Source: Stenomitos sp. (GTDB taxonomy: Bacteria > Cyanobacteriota > Sericytochromatia > S15B-MN24 > UBA4093). Taken from it: a stretch of DNA of 25,981 nt. Below the pieces are notes generated by a model. The model did no database searches. It saw only the letters and a program-made list of their open reading frames with translations, and was not told the DNA's origin. The stretch lies in assembly GCA_036704085.1 (NCBI GenBank), contig DATNQJ010000601.1:1-25981 (forward strand), written 5' to 3'. Made by a program: the position numbers and the translations under genes. Of this stretch, positions 7,325 through 15,586 are shown piece by piece. How positions within the stretch are numbered: position 1 is the stretch's first letter; each line of letters begins with the position of its first letter.

Positions 7325-8866
7325 TCAAACCGCCGGATGGCGATCAGAGGCTTCCAATGCCTGGTCTTGAGAGGTGCTTTGCAAGTCCCCATTGCCCGGC
7401 TGGCGCTCGACCACGTGCACCCCCACTTCGAACAGGCGATGCCACGGAAACCGGGCCTCGACGGCGGCCACCGGGACGCGGTGGACCAGGCGCGCCCAGA
7501 GGGCCAACAACCGCTCGGGCAGCTCGCGCTCCAGATCCTCGATCGAGCGACCCCGGGCGCGCTCCTCCTGGAGTTGGGGGCGCAGCTGGGACTGGTAGAG
7601 GACGTCGTCCGCGATCCGATCGAGCATGTACTGGCGCTGGGCCGCCTCGTCGCGCGTGGCCGGGTCGAGCCAGGCGCTCGCCTGGGCCACCACCGTGCCC
7701 AGGGTGTTGCCGGCGGTGTTCCACGCGGCGAACGCGCACAGCCGCAGGTAGTCCTTGAAGGCCCTAAACAGCTCGGGATCCCCGCCGTTGGCGTAGGCGA
7801 CGTCCGCCAGGGCCGTCGGCATCAGGCTCTCGTTCAGGGTGCGGGCGAACGGAGCCAGGTCGCGCGGCGGGTGGTCCACCTTGTCCAGGTGGATCCTCAG
7901 CGCCAGGTCGCCCTGACCCGTCGAGGGGGTGTTCACCATCAACAGGACGTCCGCCTCCTGCAAGCTGCCTACCACCCGACCGCCCACGGCCTGGATCTGG
8001 CTGGCGATCGTCCGCTCCAGGGGACGGTCCTCGTACATGGGCGTGACGGTCCCGCCGTAGGGGGTGGAGTAGCGCACGCAGAAGGCCGGGCTCTGGCGCT
8101 TCACGCGGTTCAGGTGGCGGCCCACCAGCACGCTCGCCACCTCGTCCGCGCCGGGATAGAGGAGCACCCGGTTGCCGAGGCCCGCGGCCTGGACCTGCTC
8201 GGCGAGCTTGCGCTGCTCCTTGACGTTCAGCCCGTAGCGGCTGGTGTCGTCCTGGGTCATGAGGAGCAGGTCGAACAGGTTGCGGCGGGTCCACTCCACC
8301 ATCATCTGGTTGATGGTGAGGTTGCGCTCGCGCGTCTCCAAATAGTCGGAGAGGATCTCGAAGGGGACCTCGCCCTTGGCGTCGAGGGCCGCCTGGAGAT
8401 CCGCGGCGTCCCCGTGCTGCTCGTAGCGATCCTGATGGTAGGAGTACTGGTAGATGCGCTTGCCGTACTGGGCCCAGTACGGCTTCTCCTCTTCGACGGC
8501 GGCCTCCGCCGAGAGGCGCATGGTGACCGAGAACCCGTAGAGCGGCAGGCTCGGCTTGGCCTCCTTGATCTTCACCAGGCGAGCGAGGCGCTCCTGGATG
8601 ACGGCGAGCGGAGCCTCGCTCTGGCGGCTCGGGATGAGGCCTCCGTAGCCGAGCGTGTCCACCGAGACGATGGCGGCCTGGGCCTTGGGAGCATGCTCGG
8701 TCAGCCACTCGAGCAGGCCCTCGACGTTCGCCGGGCGCTCGAGGTTGCCCATCAGCTCCAAAGGAGGACAGAGCACCTCGACCCCCGCAATGGCGCCGAT
8801 CTGGCGCGGGAGGTGGTAGGTGACGGGACGATCGTCGAGGGGGATGAGCAGAACGGGTTCGGACAT
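7325..8866 (-). CDS. DUF4127 family protein, about 513 aa
   Basis: N-terminal LLIPLDDRPV motif, SVDTLGYGGLIPSR, QDDTSRYG, YPGADE, ADVAYANGGD, AWNTAGNTLG and DDVLYQ, which I recognise as the DUF4127 pattern. Start re-called at ATG 8866 with an AGGAG RBS. Confidence 0.82.
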   Translation of the reverse strand: MSEPVLLIPLDDRPVTYHLPRQIGAIAGVEVLCPPLELMGNLERPANVEGLLEWLTEHAPKAQAAIVSVDTLGYGGLIPSRQSEAPLAVIQERLARLVKIKEAKPSLPLYGFSVTMRLSAEAAVEEEKPYWAQYGKRIYQYSYHQDRYEQHGDAADLQAALDAKGEVPFEILSDYLETRERNLTINQMMVEWTRRNLFDLLLMTQDDTSRYGLNVKEQRKLAEQVQAAGLGNRVLLYPGADEVASVLVGRHLNRVKRQSPAFCVRYSTPYGGTVTPMYEDRPLERTIASQIQAVGGRVVGSLQEADVLLMVNTPSTGQGDLALRIHLDKVDHPPRDLAPFARTLNESLMPTALADVAYANGGDPELFRAFKDYLRLCAFAAWNTAGNTLGTVVAQASAWLDPATRDEAAQRQYMLDRIADDVLYQSQLRPQLQEERARGRSIEDLERELPERLLALWARLVHRVPVAAVEARFPWHRLFEVGVHVVERQPGNGDLQSTSQDQALEASDRHPAV

Positions 8867-8941
8867 CAGCGGGTACTCCTGGGCAAGGGGATCCGATCCA
8901 TTGTACGGGGATGGCGGGGTTTTATTGGGCACAATCGACCG

Positions 8942-8970
8942 ATGACACCCGCTTCACAAAACTTTATAAT
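8942..8970 (+). promoter_or_regulatory. sigma70 promoter upstream of spoVS
   Basis: ATGACA (8942-8947), 17 nt, TATAAT (8965-8970). Confidence 0.7.
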
Positions 8971-9102
8971 CCCCTCACAAGCGGCGGATCTCGCCGCTGT
9001 CGGGCGGTGGCAACGGGGTTCGGGCGGGATCGAGCCCGCGAGCGCCGGCCGTATGAACGGAGTCCGGACGGGTCCGGCTCTGCAATTGAGGAGGGAACGT
9101 CG

Positions 9103-9393
9103 GTGATCTCGAACGCAACCAAAACCGGTCCTACGCTACTCAAGGTGTCTAGCAAATCGAACCCGGCGTCGGTCGCAGGGGCGATCGCGGGAATGATCCG
9201 CGAGACGGGACGCTGCGAGGTCCAGGCCATCGGGGCCGGGGCCGTCAACCAGACCGTCAAGGCGATCGGCATCGCCCGCGGATACGTGGCCCCCGGAGGC
9301 ATCGACCTGGTGGCCATCCCGGCCTTCCTCGACATCGAGGTGCAGGGCGAGGAACGTACCGCCATCCGGTTCATCATCGAACCTCGAACGTAA
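9103..9393 (+). CDS. spoVS: Stage V sporulation protein S family (Alba-like nucleic-acid-binding protein), 96 aa
   Basis: LKVSSKSNPASVAGAIAG, VQAIGAGAVNQTVKAIGIARGY and IPAFLDIEVQGEERTAIRFIIEPR. GTG start with a GAGGAGGG RBS. Confidence 0.93.
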   Translation: MISNATKTGPTLLKVSSKSNPASVAGAIAGMIRETGRCEVQAIGAGAVNQTVKAIGIARGYVAPGGIDLVAIPAFLDIEVQGEERTAIRFIIEPRT

Positions 9394-9425
9394 GGATGCC
9401 CGACACGATGTCGGGCCTCTGCTAG

Positions 9426-9464
9426 CCCCTTCCCCCCAAGGGGGGGCAGGGTCGGGTGGGGGGG
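9426..9464. repeat. REP-like palindromic element with a G-rich tail
   Basis: CCCT-T-CCCCCC-AAG-GGGGGG-C-AGGG hairpin followed by TCGGGTGGGGGGG, between convergent spoVS and nadK. Confidence 0.55.
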
Positions 9465-9495
9465 AATGGCGAGCCCGGATGGCGAGCCCTCCATT

Positions 9496-10338
9496 TCAGT
9501 CCCAGTCCTGGGAGCCCTCCGTCCGGACGCCCCACTGGAGCTTCCGACGCAGGGCGGTGAAGAAGTCATGCTCGGCGAGGCGCACCAGCTTCGCCGAGTG
9601 ACTGCTCCGGCGGAAGGTCATCTCGTCGCCGCTGCGCAACAGGCCCACCGTGTGGCCGTCGGCGGCGACGAGCGCCCCTTCCGCGCGCTCCTTGACCACG
9701 ATGCGCACCGTCTTCTGGTCCGAGACGACCAGGGGACGGGCGGTCAGCATGTGGGGGCAGATGGGAACCAGGAGCAGCGCCGGCACGTCCGGGGCCATGA
9801 TGGGGCCGCCCGCGGCCATGGCGTAGGCCGTCGAGCCCGTCGGCGTCGAGACGATGACGCCGTCCGCCCCGTAGGTCGCCACGTGGGAGTGGTCGGCGTA
9901 GATGGCCATCTCCAGCATGCGGCCAGAGGCCCCCTTGAGGACCACCCCCTCGTTGAGGGCGAGGTTCGCGGCGACCACCTGCCCGTCGCGAAGCAAGGCG
10001 ACCTCGAGCAGGAGCCGCTCCTCGATCCGGTAGTCTCCCGCGATCAGGCGATCGATGGCCCCGGCGAGGTCCCCGTAGGAGACCTCCGCCAAGAAGCCCA
10101 GGGTACCCAGGTCCACGCCCAGGAGGGGCGTGTCGCGCAGGGCGACCATGCGGGCCGCCCTCAGGAAGGTGCCGTCCCCGCCGAGCACCACCACCGCATC
10201 CACCGGCGGCAGGGTGGGGACGGTGCCGGAGACGACGACCGATCGGGCCCCCATGCTCTCGATGGTCTCCTTCACCTGGTCGACCAGCCCCGTGATCTGG
10301 GGCTTGGAGTCGTTGAAGACCACGCCGATCGATCTCAT
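9496..10338 (-). CDS. nadK: NAD(+) kinase
   Basis: [43 protein letters not shown] and [15 protein letters not shown] overlap with tlyA. Confidence 0.96.
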   Translation of the reverse strand: MRSIGVVFNDSKPQITGLVDQVKETIESMGARSVVVSGTVPTLPPVDAVVVLGGDGTFLRAARMVALRDTPLLGVDLGTLGFLAEVSYGDLAGAIDRLIAGDYRIEERLLLEVALLRDGQVVAANLALNEGVVLKGASGRMLEMAIYADHSHVATYGADGVIVSTPTGSTAYAMAAGGPIMAPDVPALLLVPICPHMLTARPLVVSDQKTVRIVVKERAEGALVAADGHTVGLLRSGDEMTFRRSSHSAKLVRLAEHDFFTALRRKLQWGVRTEGSQDWD

Positions 10339-11135
10339 GCCGACAGCTCCCGGTGGGCCGTCCGCACCACCTCGGCGTAGTCCGGCGCCGGCTGTTCGGG
10401 GGGTGCCTTCCGCCAGTAGGCGAGAAACTCGATGTTCCCCTCGGGCCCCTTGATGGGAGAGTGCGTCAGCCCCCAGAGGTGATAGCCGAGCTCGCGGGCC
10501 GCGGCGTCCACCTCGGACAGCACCCGCTCGTGGATCTTGGGGTCGCGCACCACTCCGCCCTTGCCCACGTTCTCGCGCCCGGCCTCGAACTGCGGCTTGA
10601 TGAGGGCGACCACGTCGCCCTCCGGCGCGAGCAGGCGCTCGACGGCAGGCAGGACCTTGGCGAGCCCGATGAAGGACACGTCGATGACGGCCAAGTCCGG
10701 TGTCTCGCCCGCGAGGGCCTCGAGGTGCCGGATGTTGGTGCGCTCCATGACCTTCACCCGCGCGTCCTGGCGCAGGCTCCAGGCGAGCTGGCCGTAGCCC
10801 ACGTCCACCGCGTAGACGAAGCGGGCACCGTTTCTCAGCAGCACGTCCGTGAAGCCCCCGGTGGAGGCCCCCACGTCCAGGGCCACCCGGCCCTCCAGGG
10901 GCACGCCGAAGGCCTCGACGGCCCGCTCGAGCTTGTGGCCGCCGCGGCTGACGTAGCTGCTGGCCGGGGCCGTCACCTCGATGGGCAGGGTCGGGTCCAC
11001 GCCGGTGCCGGCCTTGGTGACGGGCACTCCGCCCACCTTGACCAGGCCCGCGAGGATGGCGCGCTGGGCCTGCTCGCGCGAGGCGTAGTGGCCCAGGCTC
11101 ACCAGCAAGGTGTCCAGCCGCTCCTTCTTGGCCAT
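10335..11135 (-). CDS. tlyA: TlyA family rRNA 2'-O-methyltransferase (S4 + FtsJ-type domains)
   Basis: [48 protein letters not shown] and [13 protein letters not shown]. Confidence 0.96.
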   Translation of the reverse strand: MAKKERLDTLLVSLGHYASREQAQRAILAGLVKVGGVPVTKAGTGVDPTLPIEVTAPASSYVSRGGHKLERAVEAFGVPLEGRVALDVGASTGGFTDVLLRNGARFVYAVDVGYGQLAWSLRQDARVKVMERTNIRHLEALAGETPDLAVIDVSFIGLAKVLPAVERLLAPEGDVVALIKPQFEAGRENVGKGGVVRDPKIHERVLSEVDAAARELGYHLWGLTHSPIKGPEGNIEFLAYWRKAPPEQPAPDYAEVVRTAHRELSA

Positions 11136-11137
11136 GG

Positions 11138-11581
11138 CTAGCGCACGACGTTCAGGGCGTTGATCGCAAACGCGACCGCCACCCCCAGGATGGCCCCGCC
11201 GATGACCTCGCGCGGGGTGTGGCCCAACAGCTCCTTGAGATGGCTCTCCTGGAAGGAGAGCGAGTGCTGGAGGTCCTCGACGATCTTGTTGAGGACCCGC
11301 GCCTGGCGCCCGGCGGCCTGACGGACGCCCGCCGCGTCGTACATGACGATGAAGGCGAAGACCAGGCTCACGTCGAACATGGTCGAGTGGACGCCCTCGA
11401 GGATGCCCACGGTGGTCGTCAGGCCCATGACCAGGGCCGTGTGCGAGCTCGGCATGCCCCCGGTGGTGACGAGCGTGCGGACGTCGATCTTGCCGTGCTT
11501 GACGAGGACGGTGACGAACTTGATGACCTGCGCGAGGGTCAGGCCGACCACCCCCGCCAGGAGGGCCTGGTTCTGGATCAA
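11138..11581 (-). CDS. Divergent PAP2 family membrane protein (DUF212)
   Basis: [32 protein letters not shown] and [15 protein letters not shown]. The TTG start overlaps the ispA stop (TTGA). Confidence 0.92.
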   Translation of the reverse strand: MIQNQALLAGVVGLTLAQVIKFVTVLVKHGKIDVRTLVTTGGMPSSHTALVMGLTTTVGILEGVHSTMFDVSLVFAFIVMYDAAGVRQAAGRQARVLNKIVEDLQHSLSFQESHLKELLGHTPREVIGGAILGVAVAFAINALNVVR

Positions 11582-12474
11582 TGGGTACGCTCCGTAACGA
11601 ACCGGGCGATCGCCCGGAGGGGTTCAGCGGCCGCGCCGAGGGGCTCGAGGGCCTGCATGGCGATCGCCACCTGGCGATCGGCCTCGGCCCGCGCGGCCGC
11701 CATGCCGTAGAGGGCGGGGTAGGTCGCCTTGGCGACGGCCACGTCCTTGCCGGGGTGCTTGCCGAGGTCCTCGGCGGTCCCCGTGAGGTCCAACAGGTCG
11801 TCGACGATCTGGAAGGCGAGGCCCAGGGCCTCGGCGAACCGGGTCAAGGCGTCCATGGTCGCCGCGTCCGCCTCGGCCGCATGCGCCCCGAGGCGGGCGG
11901 CGACCCGCAGGAGCTCGCCCGTCTTGTGGCGGTGAATGAACTCGAGGGTCGAGGGCTCGATGGGCTTGCCCTCGCTCTGGATGTCGACCACCTGGCCCGC
12001 GACCATGCCGAGCGTGGCACTCGCGAGCTCGGCGACGGCCTGGACCACCCGCGGAGCCGCGACGTGCGGGGCCATGCCCTCGGCGATCACCTGAAACGCG
12101 TAGGCGAGCAGCCCATCACCGGCCAACAAGGCGAGCGCCTCGCCGTAGACCACGTGGTTGGTGGGCCGGCCCCGGCGCAGGGTGTCGTTGTCCATGCAGG
12201 GCAGGTCGTCGTGGATGAGGCTCTGGGTGTGGATGAGCTCCAGGGCGCAGGCCGCCGCGAGCGCCGCCTCGGGCTTGCCGCCCGCGGCCTCGCAGCTGGC
12301 GATCGTGAGGATCGGGCGCAGGCGCTTGCCGCCGGCGAGCACGCTGTAGGCCATCGCCTCCCAGAACGACGCGGGGACGCGCGGGGCGACGAGCTCCTCC
12401 AGGGCGGCCTGGATGCGCGCACCGCGGGCGTCCCAGTAGGCGGAGAGGGCAAAGGGTTCGACGGCCGGATCCAA
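11578..12474 (-). CDS. ispA: Polyprenyl diphosphate synthase (FPP/GGPP synthase, IspA/CrtE), about 298 aa
   Basis: GGKRLRP, first Asp-rich motif [27 protein letters not shown], second motif FQIVDDLLD and KATYP. Likely start is TTG 12474 with AGGAAAGGA upstream. Product chain length (FPP vs GGPP) cannot be determined. Confidence 0.93.
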   Translation of the reverse strand: MDPAVEPFALSAYWDARGARIQAALEELVAPRVPASFWEAMAYSVLAGGKRLRPILTIASCEAAGGKPEAALAAACALELIHTQSLIHDDLPCMDNDTLRRGRPTNHVVYGEALALLAGDGLLAYAFQVIAEGMAPHVAAPRVVQAVAELASATLGMVAGQVVDIQSEGKPIEPSTLEFIHRHKTGELLRVAARLGAHAAEADAATMDALTRFAEALGLAFQIVDDLLDLTGTAEDLGKHPGKDVAVAKATYPALYGMAAARAEADRQVAIAMQALEPLGAAAEPLRAIARFVTERTH

Positions 12475-12523
12475 CGAGTGACGTCCTTTCCTGAGGGTAC
12501 GCGCTGCCCATGCGGGCGGCCTC

Positions 12524-12574
12524 ATTATACCGTACGGCCCGCGGTCTCGGGGGCGCCCGGGGGCATGGTAGAAT
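12524..12574. promoter_or_regulatory. Back-to-back divergent promoters (ispA operon and beta-barrel gene)
   Basis: Minus-strand TATAAT at 12529-12524; plus-strand extended -10 TGgTAGAAT at 12566-12574. Confidence 0.6.
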
Positions 12575-12634
12575 CCCTTAACTCTTGGTTGCTAAGTTTT
12601 GGTTTTCCCACCGACTCGCAGAGAGGACACCGCC

Positions 12635-13597
12635 TTGAAACAGCACCAGCTCCTGCCCGTGAGCCTGGTCGCCTTGAGCTTCACGCTCGGCGCCCCCGCG
12701 CTCGCCCAGATGAAGACCTCCAAGCCCGCCGCCGCGCCCACTCCCGCGGCGACCCCCTCGGCGACTCCCGCTCCGGCCGCGGCCACCCCGAGCATCCAGG
12801 CGACTCCGGCGCCCATGCCCGCTGCCCAGACCGTCGAACCCGGCGAGCCCATGCCGCCCATCGGCCTCAAGGTCTTCGGCAACTACGACTTCATGGGCAC
12901 CGTCGCGAACGGCGGCTTCGTCTCGGCGACCACCCAGGCCCCCGGCACCAACGCCCCGGCCCTCGCCCAGGCCTCGCCCTCGATCCCGGCCTCGGGCTGG
13001 AACGTGGGCGCCGAGTACGACCTGGCCTTCCTCTCCCTGGGCGCCAAGTACCAGACCTTCGCCTTCGGCTCGCCCATCACGGCGGCGATCAACCCGACGA
13101 CGGGCGTCACCCAGACCACCGCGCCCAACTTCGACGTCTTCCTGCCCCAGAACTACTGGCAGGTCTACGGTCGTCTGGGCGCCCTGACGATTGGCTACCG
13201 CAACGAGAACTACGCGGGCACGGGCTTTGGTGGCAGCTACGGGGATCTCGTGGCCGGGCTGAACTTCGGGTTCGGCATCGACCCGGTGTCGCTCAACTTC
13301 GGCGTCCTCGGCGGCTACAACCTCTCCAAGCCCGCGGGCCTGCCCGCCAACATCTCCCACATGCCGGCCGAGGGGGATGTGAACCTCGCCCTCAACTTCG
13401 GCCTGGTCAAGGCCAAGCTCGGCTACAAGGCGATGGCCGTCGCCAACGCGGATGCCGGCTCGCTCTTGACCGCACTCACCAACCCGAGCGCCCTGATCGC
13501 CCCGGGCGGCGCCAGCCAGGACACCCTCACCGCGCTCTACAACACGCGTTACGGCCTCTACACCGGCCCCTACGCCGGTCTCGAGTTCGGCTTCTAG
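12635..13597 (+). CDS. Secreted hypothetical protein, probable outer-membrane beta-barrel with a Pro/Ala/Thr-rich linker, about 320 aa
   Basis: TTG start after a GAGAGGA RBS. Sec signal ending ALA-Q. ATP(A/S)-repeat linker. Alternating amphipathic strands (WNVGAEYDL, LSLGAKY, LVAGLNFGF, VNLALNFG, AKLGYK) and a C-terminal aromatic residue (AGLEFGF). Confidence 0.72.
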   Translation: MKQHQLLPVSLVALSFTLGAPALAQMKTSKPAAAPTPAATPSATPAPAAATPSIQATPAPMPAAQTVEPGEPMPPIGLKVFGNYDFMGTVANGGFVSATTQAPGTNAPALAQASPSIPASGWNVGAEYDLAFLSLGAKYQTFAFGSPITAAINPTTGVTQTTAPNFDVFLPQNYWQVYGRLGALTIGYRNENYAGTGFGGSYGDLVAGLNFGFGIDPVSLNFGVLGGYNLSKPAGLPANISHMPAEGDVNLALNFGLVKAKLGYKAMAVANADAGSLLTALTNPSALIAPGGASQDTLTALYNTRYGLYTGPYAGLEFGF

Positions 13598-13610
13598 GAC
13601 CCATCGACCC

Positions 13611-13636
13611 GCCGGGGGCTCCTAGGAGCCCCCGGC
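13611..13636. repeat. Perfect 26-bp palindrome between two outer-membrane genes
   Basis: GCCGGGGGCTCCTAGGAGCCCCCGGC equals its own reverse complement. Confidence 0.85.
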
Positions 13637-13661
13637 TTGCTCCCACCACCAGGAGGAAACC

Positions 13662-15482
13662 ATGTTCATGCGCCTTGCGACCCTGGGCCTCGTCGCGGCG
13701 ACGGTCCTCGTCGCCGTGCCGCCCGCTGTGGCCTTCACGCCGGTCAGCGAGCTCAAGGACGTCACGCCCGATCACTGGGCCTACAACGCCATCAAGGCCC
13801 TCGTCGAGAAGTACCAGGTCATGGAAGGGTTTCCGGACAACACCTTCCGGGGCACCCGCACCATCTCGCGCTACGAGCTCGCCGCGGCCCTCGCCAAGGT
13901 CATGGCCCGGGTCGAGGAGATGGTCGCCGCCGCCACCGGCGAGGCGCCCCAGCCCACCCGCATCCAGCCGAGCGTGAGCCCGGACGACCTGCGCACCATC
14001 GCCCGTCTCCAGCAGGAGTTCAAGGACGAGCTGACGGGCCTCAAGGCCCGGGTCGACACCCAGGACTCCCGCCTGAGCGCCATCGAGAAGCGCATCCGGG
14101 TCGGCGGCTCGCTCGATGCCCTGTTGCGCACCTACACGGCCCAGCCCGTCAACCAGGCCAACGAGCGCGAGGACCTGCGCATCGCGACCAACGTCACGCT
14201 CGACGCCAACATGAGCCCCGAGCTGAGCTACCGGGGTCAGCTCTCCATCTTCAACAGCGGCGTGCAGCGCTTTGCGAGCGGGCACCTGGCGACCGAGGGC
14301 GGCCTGCCCGAGTTCGACTCACCCGGCGACACGGGCACGCCCATGTACGTGCGGCGCTCCTACTTCTCCTGGACGCCCGCGGGCCTGGGGGTCCACGTGG
14401 GCATGATGACCTTCTCGGACACCCTCAAGATCGGCTCGACCCTGCGCAACGAGTTCCGCAGCGCTCCCCTCTGGCCCCACGCCGAGGGCGGCTATGGCTT
14501 CGTCGGCACCCCGCCCCTGCAGCCGCCCACCAGCGCCAGCACCACCGACGCCGGCACCCTGGTGCTCGCCCCGGCCCTCTCGACCGCCCGCAACCTGCCG
14601 ACCATGTCCGGCCGGATCCACTGGAACCCGGGCGTCAACGTGGCCGAGGACCTGCTGGATCCCAACTCGGTCTGGGCCGTGAACACGGGCTCGGCGCCGA
14701 GTGCGGTCGTCGACGGCTTCTTGGGCCCCGTGGAGCTGGGAGCCGGCCTCAACTACGGCACCCCCGGCGCGTCCAGCCAGCTCGCCCTGAGCGATCTGCC
14801 CCGCACCTTCCCCCTGATCAGCGAGTTCTACCGGGGCTACGCCCTCGGCAAGATCGGGCTGGATCTCGGCGTGGTGCGCTGGGGCGCCTATCTGCACTCG
14901 GACGGTTCGGCCCTGCGCGAGGGCGCGGGCTTCGTGAGCTCCGGCCGCGGCTACGGCACCACCCTGGACATCGGCAGCGACGCCCTCGGCCTGAGCTTCG
15001 GCCATTCCGAAGTGGTGCGCCGGGACTACGATCCCAACTACTACTCCGAGAGCTCGGCCTTCCTGGTCAGCAACAGCCTGTTCGGCACGGGCATCGGGCT
15101 CGGCATCGGGGCCAAGCTCGGCAACTCGCCCGCGGCGGATACGGCCAACTCCCTGGTGCCCATGGCCTACGACTGGACCTCGACCGGCGCCTACGTGCGC
15201 CTGCCCGGCTTCTCGGTGATCCCGAGCGTGACGCTCGCGGCCCAGACCTCGGGCCGGGATCTCATGGGCTCGGAGCTGGGCTCGGGGCTCTCGGCGATCG
15301 CCGAGCTGCAGATCGCTCCCGGCCTGCCCGCGATCATGATCGAGTACGACATGGGGCGCTTCTACGGCACCACGAGCACTCCGGCTCCGGGGGGCGACAA
15401 CGCCAAGGCCAACCAGCTCTTCGGCGGGGCGCCCCTGCCGACCCACGAACAGCTGGTGGTGGGAACGACGGTTCAGTTCTAG
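13662..15482 (+). CDS. SLH-domain outer-membrane porin-like protein (OmpM / cyanobacterial porin architecture)
   Basis: AGGAGG RBS and a signal peptide. SLH motif LKDVTPDHWAYNAIKALVEKY..EGFPDNTFRG.RTISRYELAAAL. Coiled coil DLRTIARLQQEFKDELTGLKARVD, then beta-strand-rich sequence ending in Phe. Confidence 0.85.
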   Translation: MFMRLATLGLVAATVLVAVPPAVAFTPVSELKDVTPDHWAYNAIKALVEKYQVMEGFPDNTFRGTRTISRYELAAALAKVMARVEEMVAAATGEAPQPTRIQPSVSPDDLRTIARLQQEFKDELTGLKARVDTQDSRLSAIEKRIRVGGSLDALLRTYTAQPVNQANEREDLRIATNVTLDANMSPELSYRGQLSIFNSGVQRFASGHLATEGGLPEFDSPGDTGTPMYVRRSYFSWTPAGLGVHVGMMTFSDTLKIGSTLRNEFRSAPLWPHAEGGYGFVGTPPLQPPTSASTTDAGTLVLAPALSTARNLPTMSGRIHWNPGVNVAEDLLDPNSVWAVNTGSAPSAVVDGFLGPVELGAGLNYGTPGASSQLALSDLPRTFPLISEFYRGYALGKIGLDLGVVRWGAYLHSDGSALREGAGFVSSGRGYGTTLDIGSDALGLSFGHSEVVRRDYDPNYYSESSAFLVSNSLFGTGIGLGIGAKLGNSPAADTANSLVPMAYDWTSTGAYVRLPGFSVIPSVTLAAQTSGRDLMGSELGSGLSAIAELQIAPGLPAIMIEYDMGRFYGTTSTPAPGGDNAKANQLFGGAPLPTHEQLVVGTTVQF

Positions 15483-15586
15483 CCCGCCAAGAGCCTCTAA
15501 CAAAACCCCTCGGCACTGTCGCCGAAGCCTTCACCCCCTCGTGGGTCTAAGCTTGCCATGGCTTGGACCGTCCACGAGGGGGTGCC

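Noticed and set aside
9103-9393. spoVS as evidence for sporulation
   Set aside because: SpoVS homologues occur in non-sporulating bacteria, and no other sporulation gene is in the window.
10335-11135. TlyA as a haemolysin or virulence factor
   Set aside because: It has standard S4 + methyltransferase motifs in its usual housekeeping context next to nadK.
12724-12825. Pro/Ala/Thr tandem-like repeats (ATPA/ATPS) as a DNA repeat element
   Set aside because: These are degenerate coding repeats forming an ordinary flexible linker after the signal peptide.
11581-13977. Long alternative ORFs in the track (for example 11581-13977 +, 2507-4534 -, 7139-9106 +, 13637-15550 +, 21294-23261 +, 23710-25566 +, 19336-21060 -)
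   Set aside because: They are antisense or off-frame shadows of well-supported genes. They are Arg/Gly/Pro/Ala-rich with no motifs or RBS, as expected in high-GC DNA where stop codons are rare.
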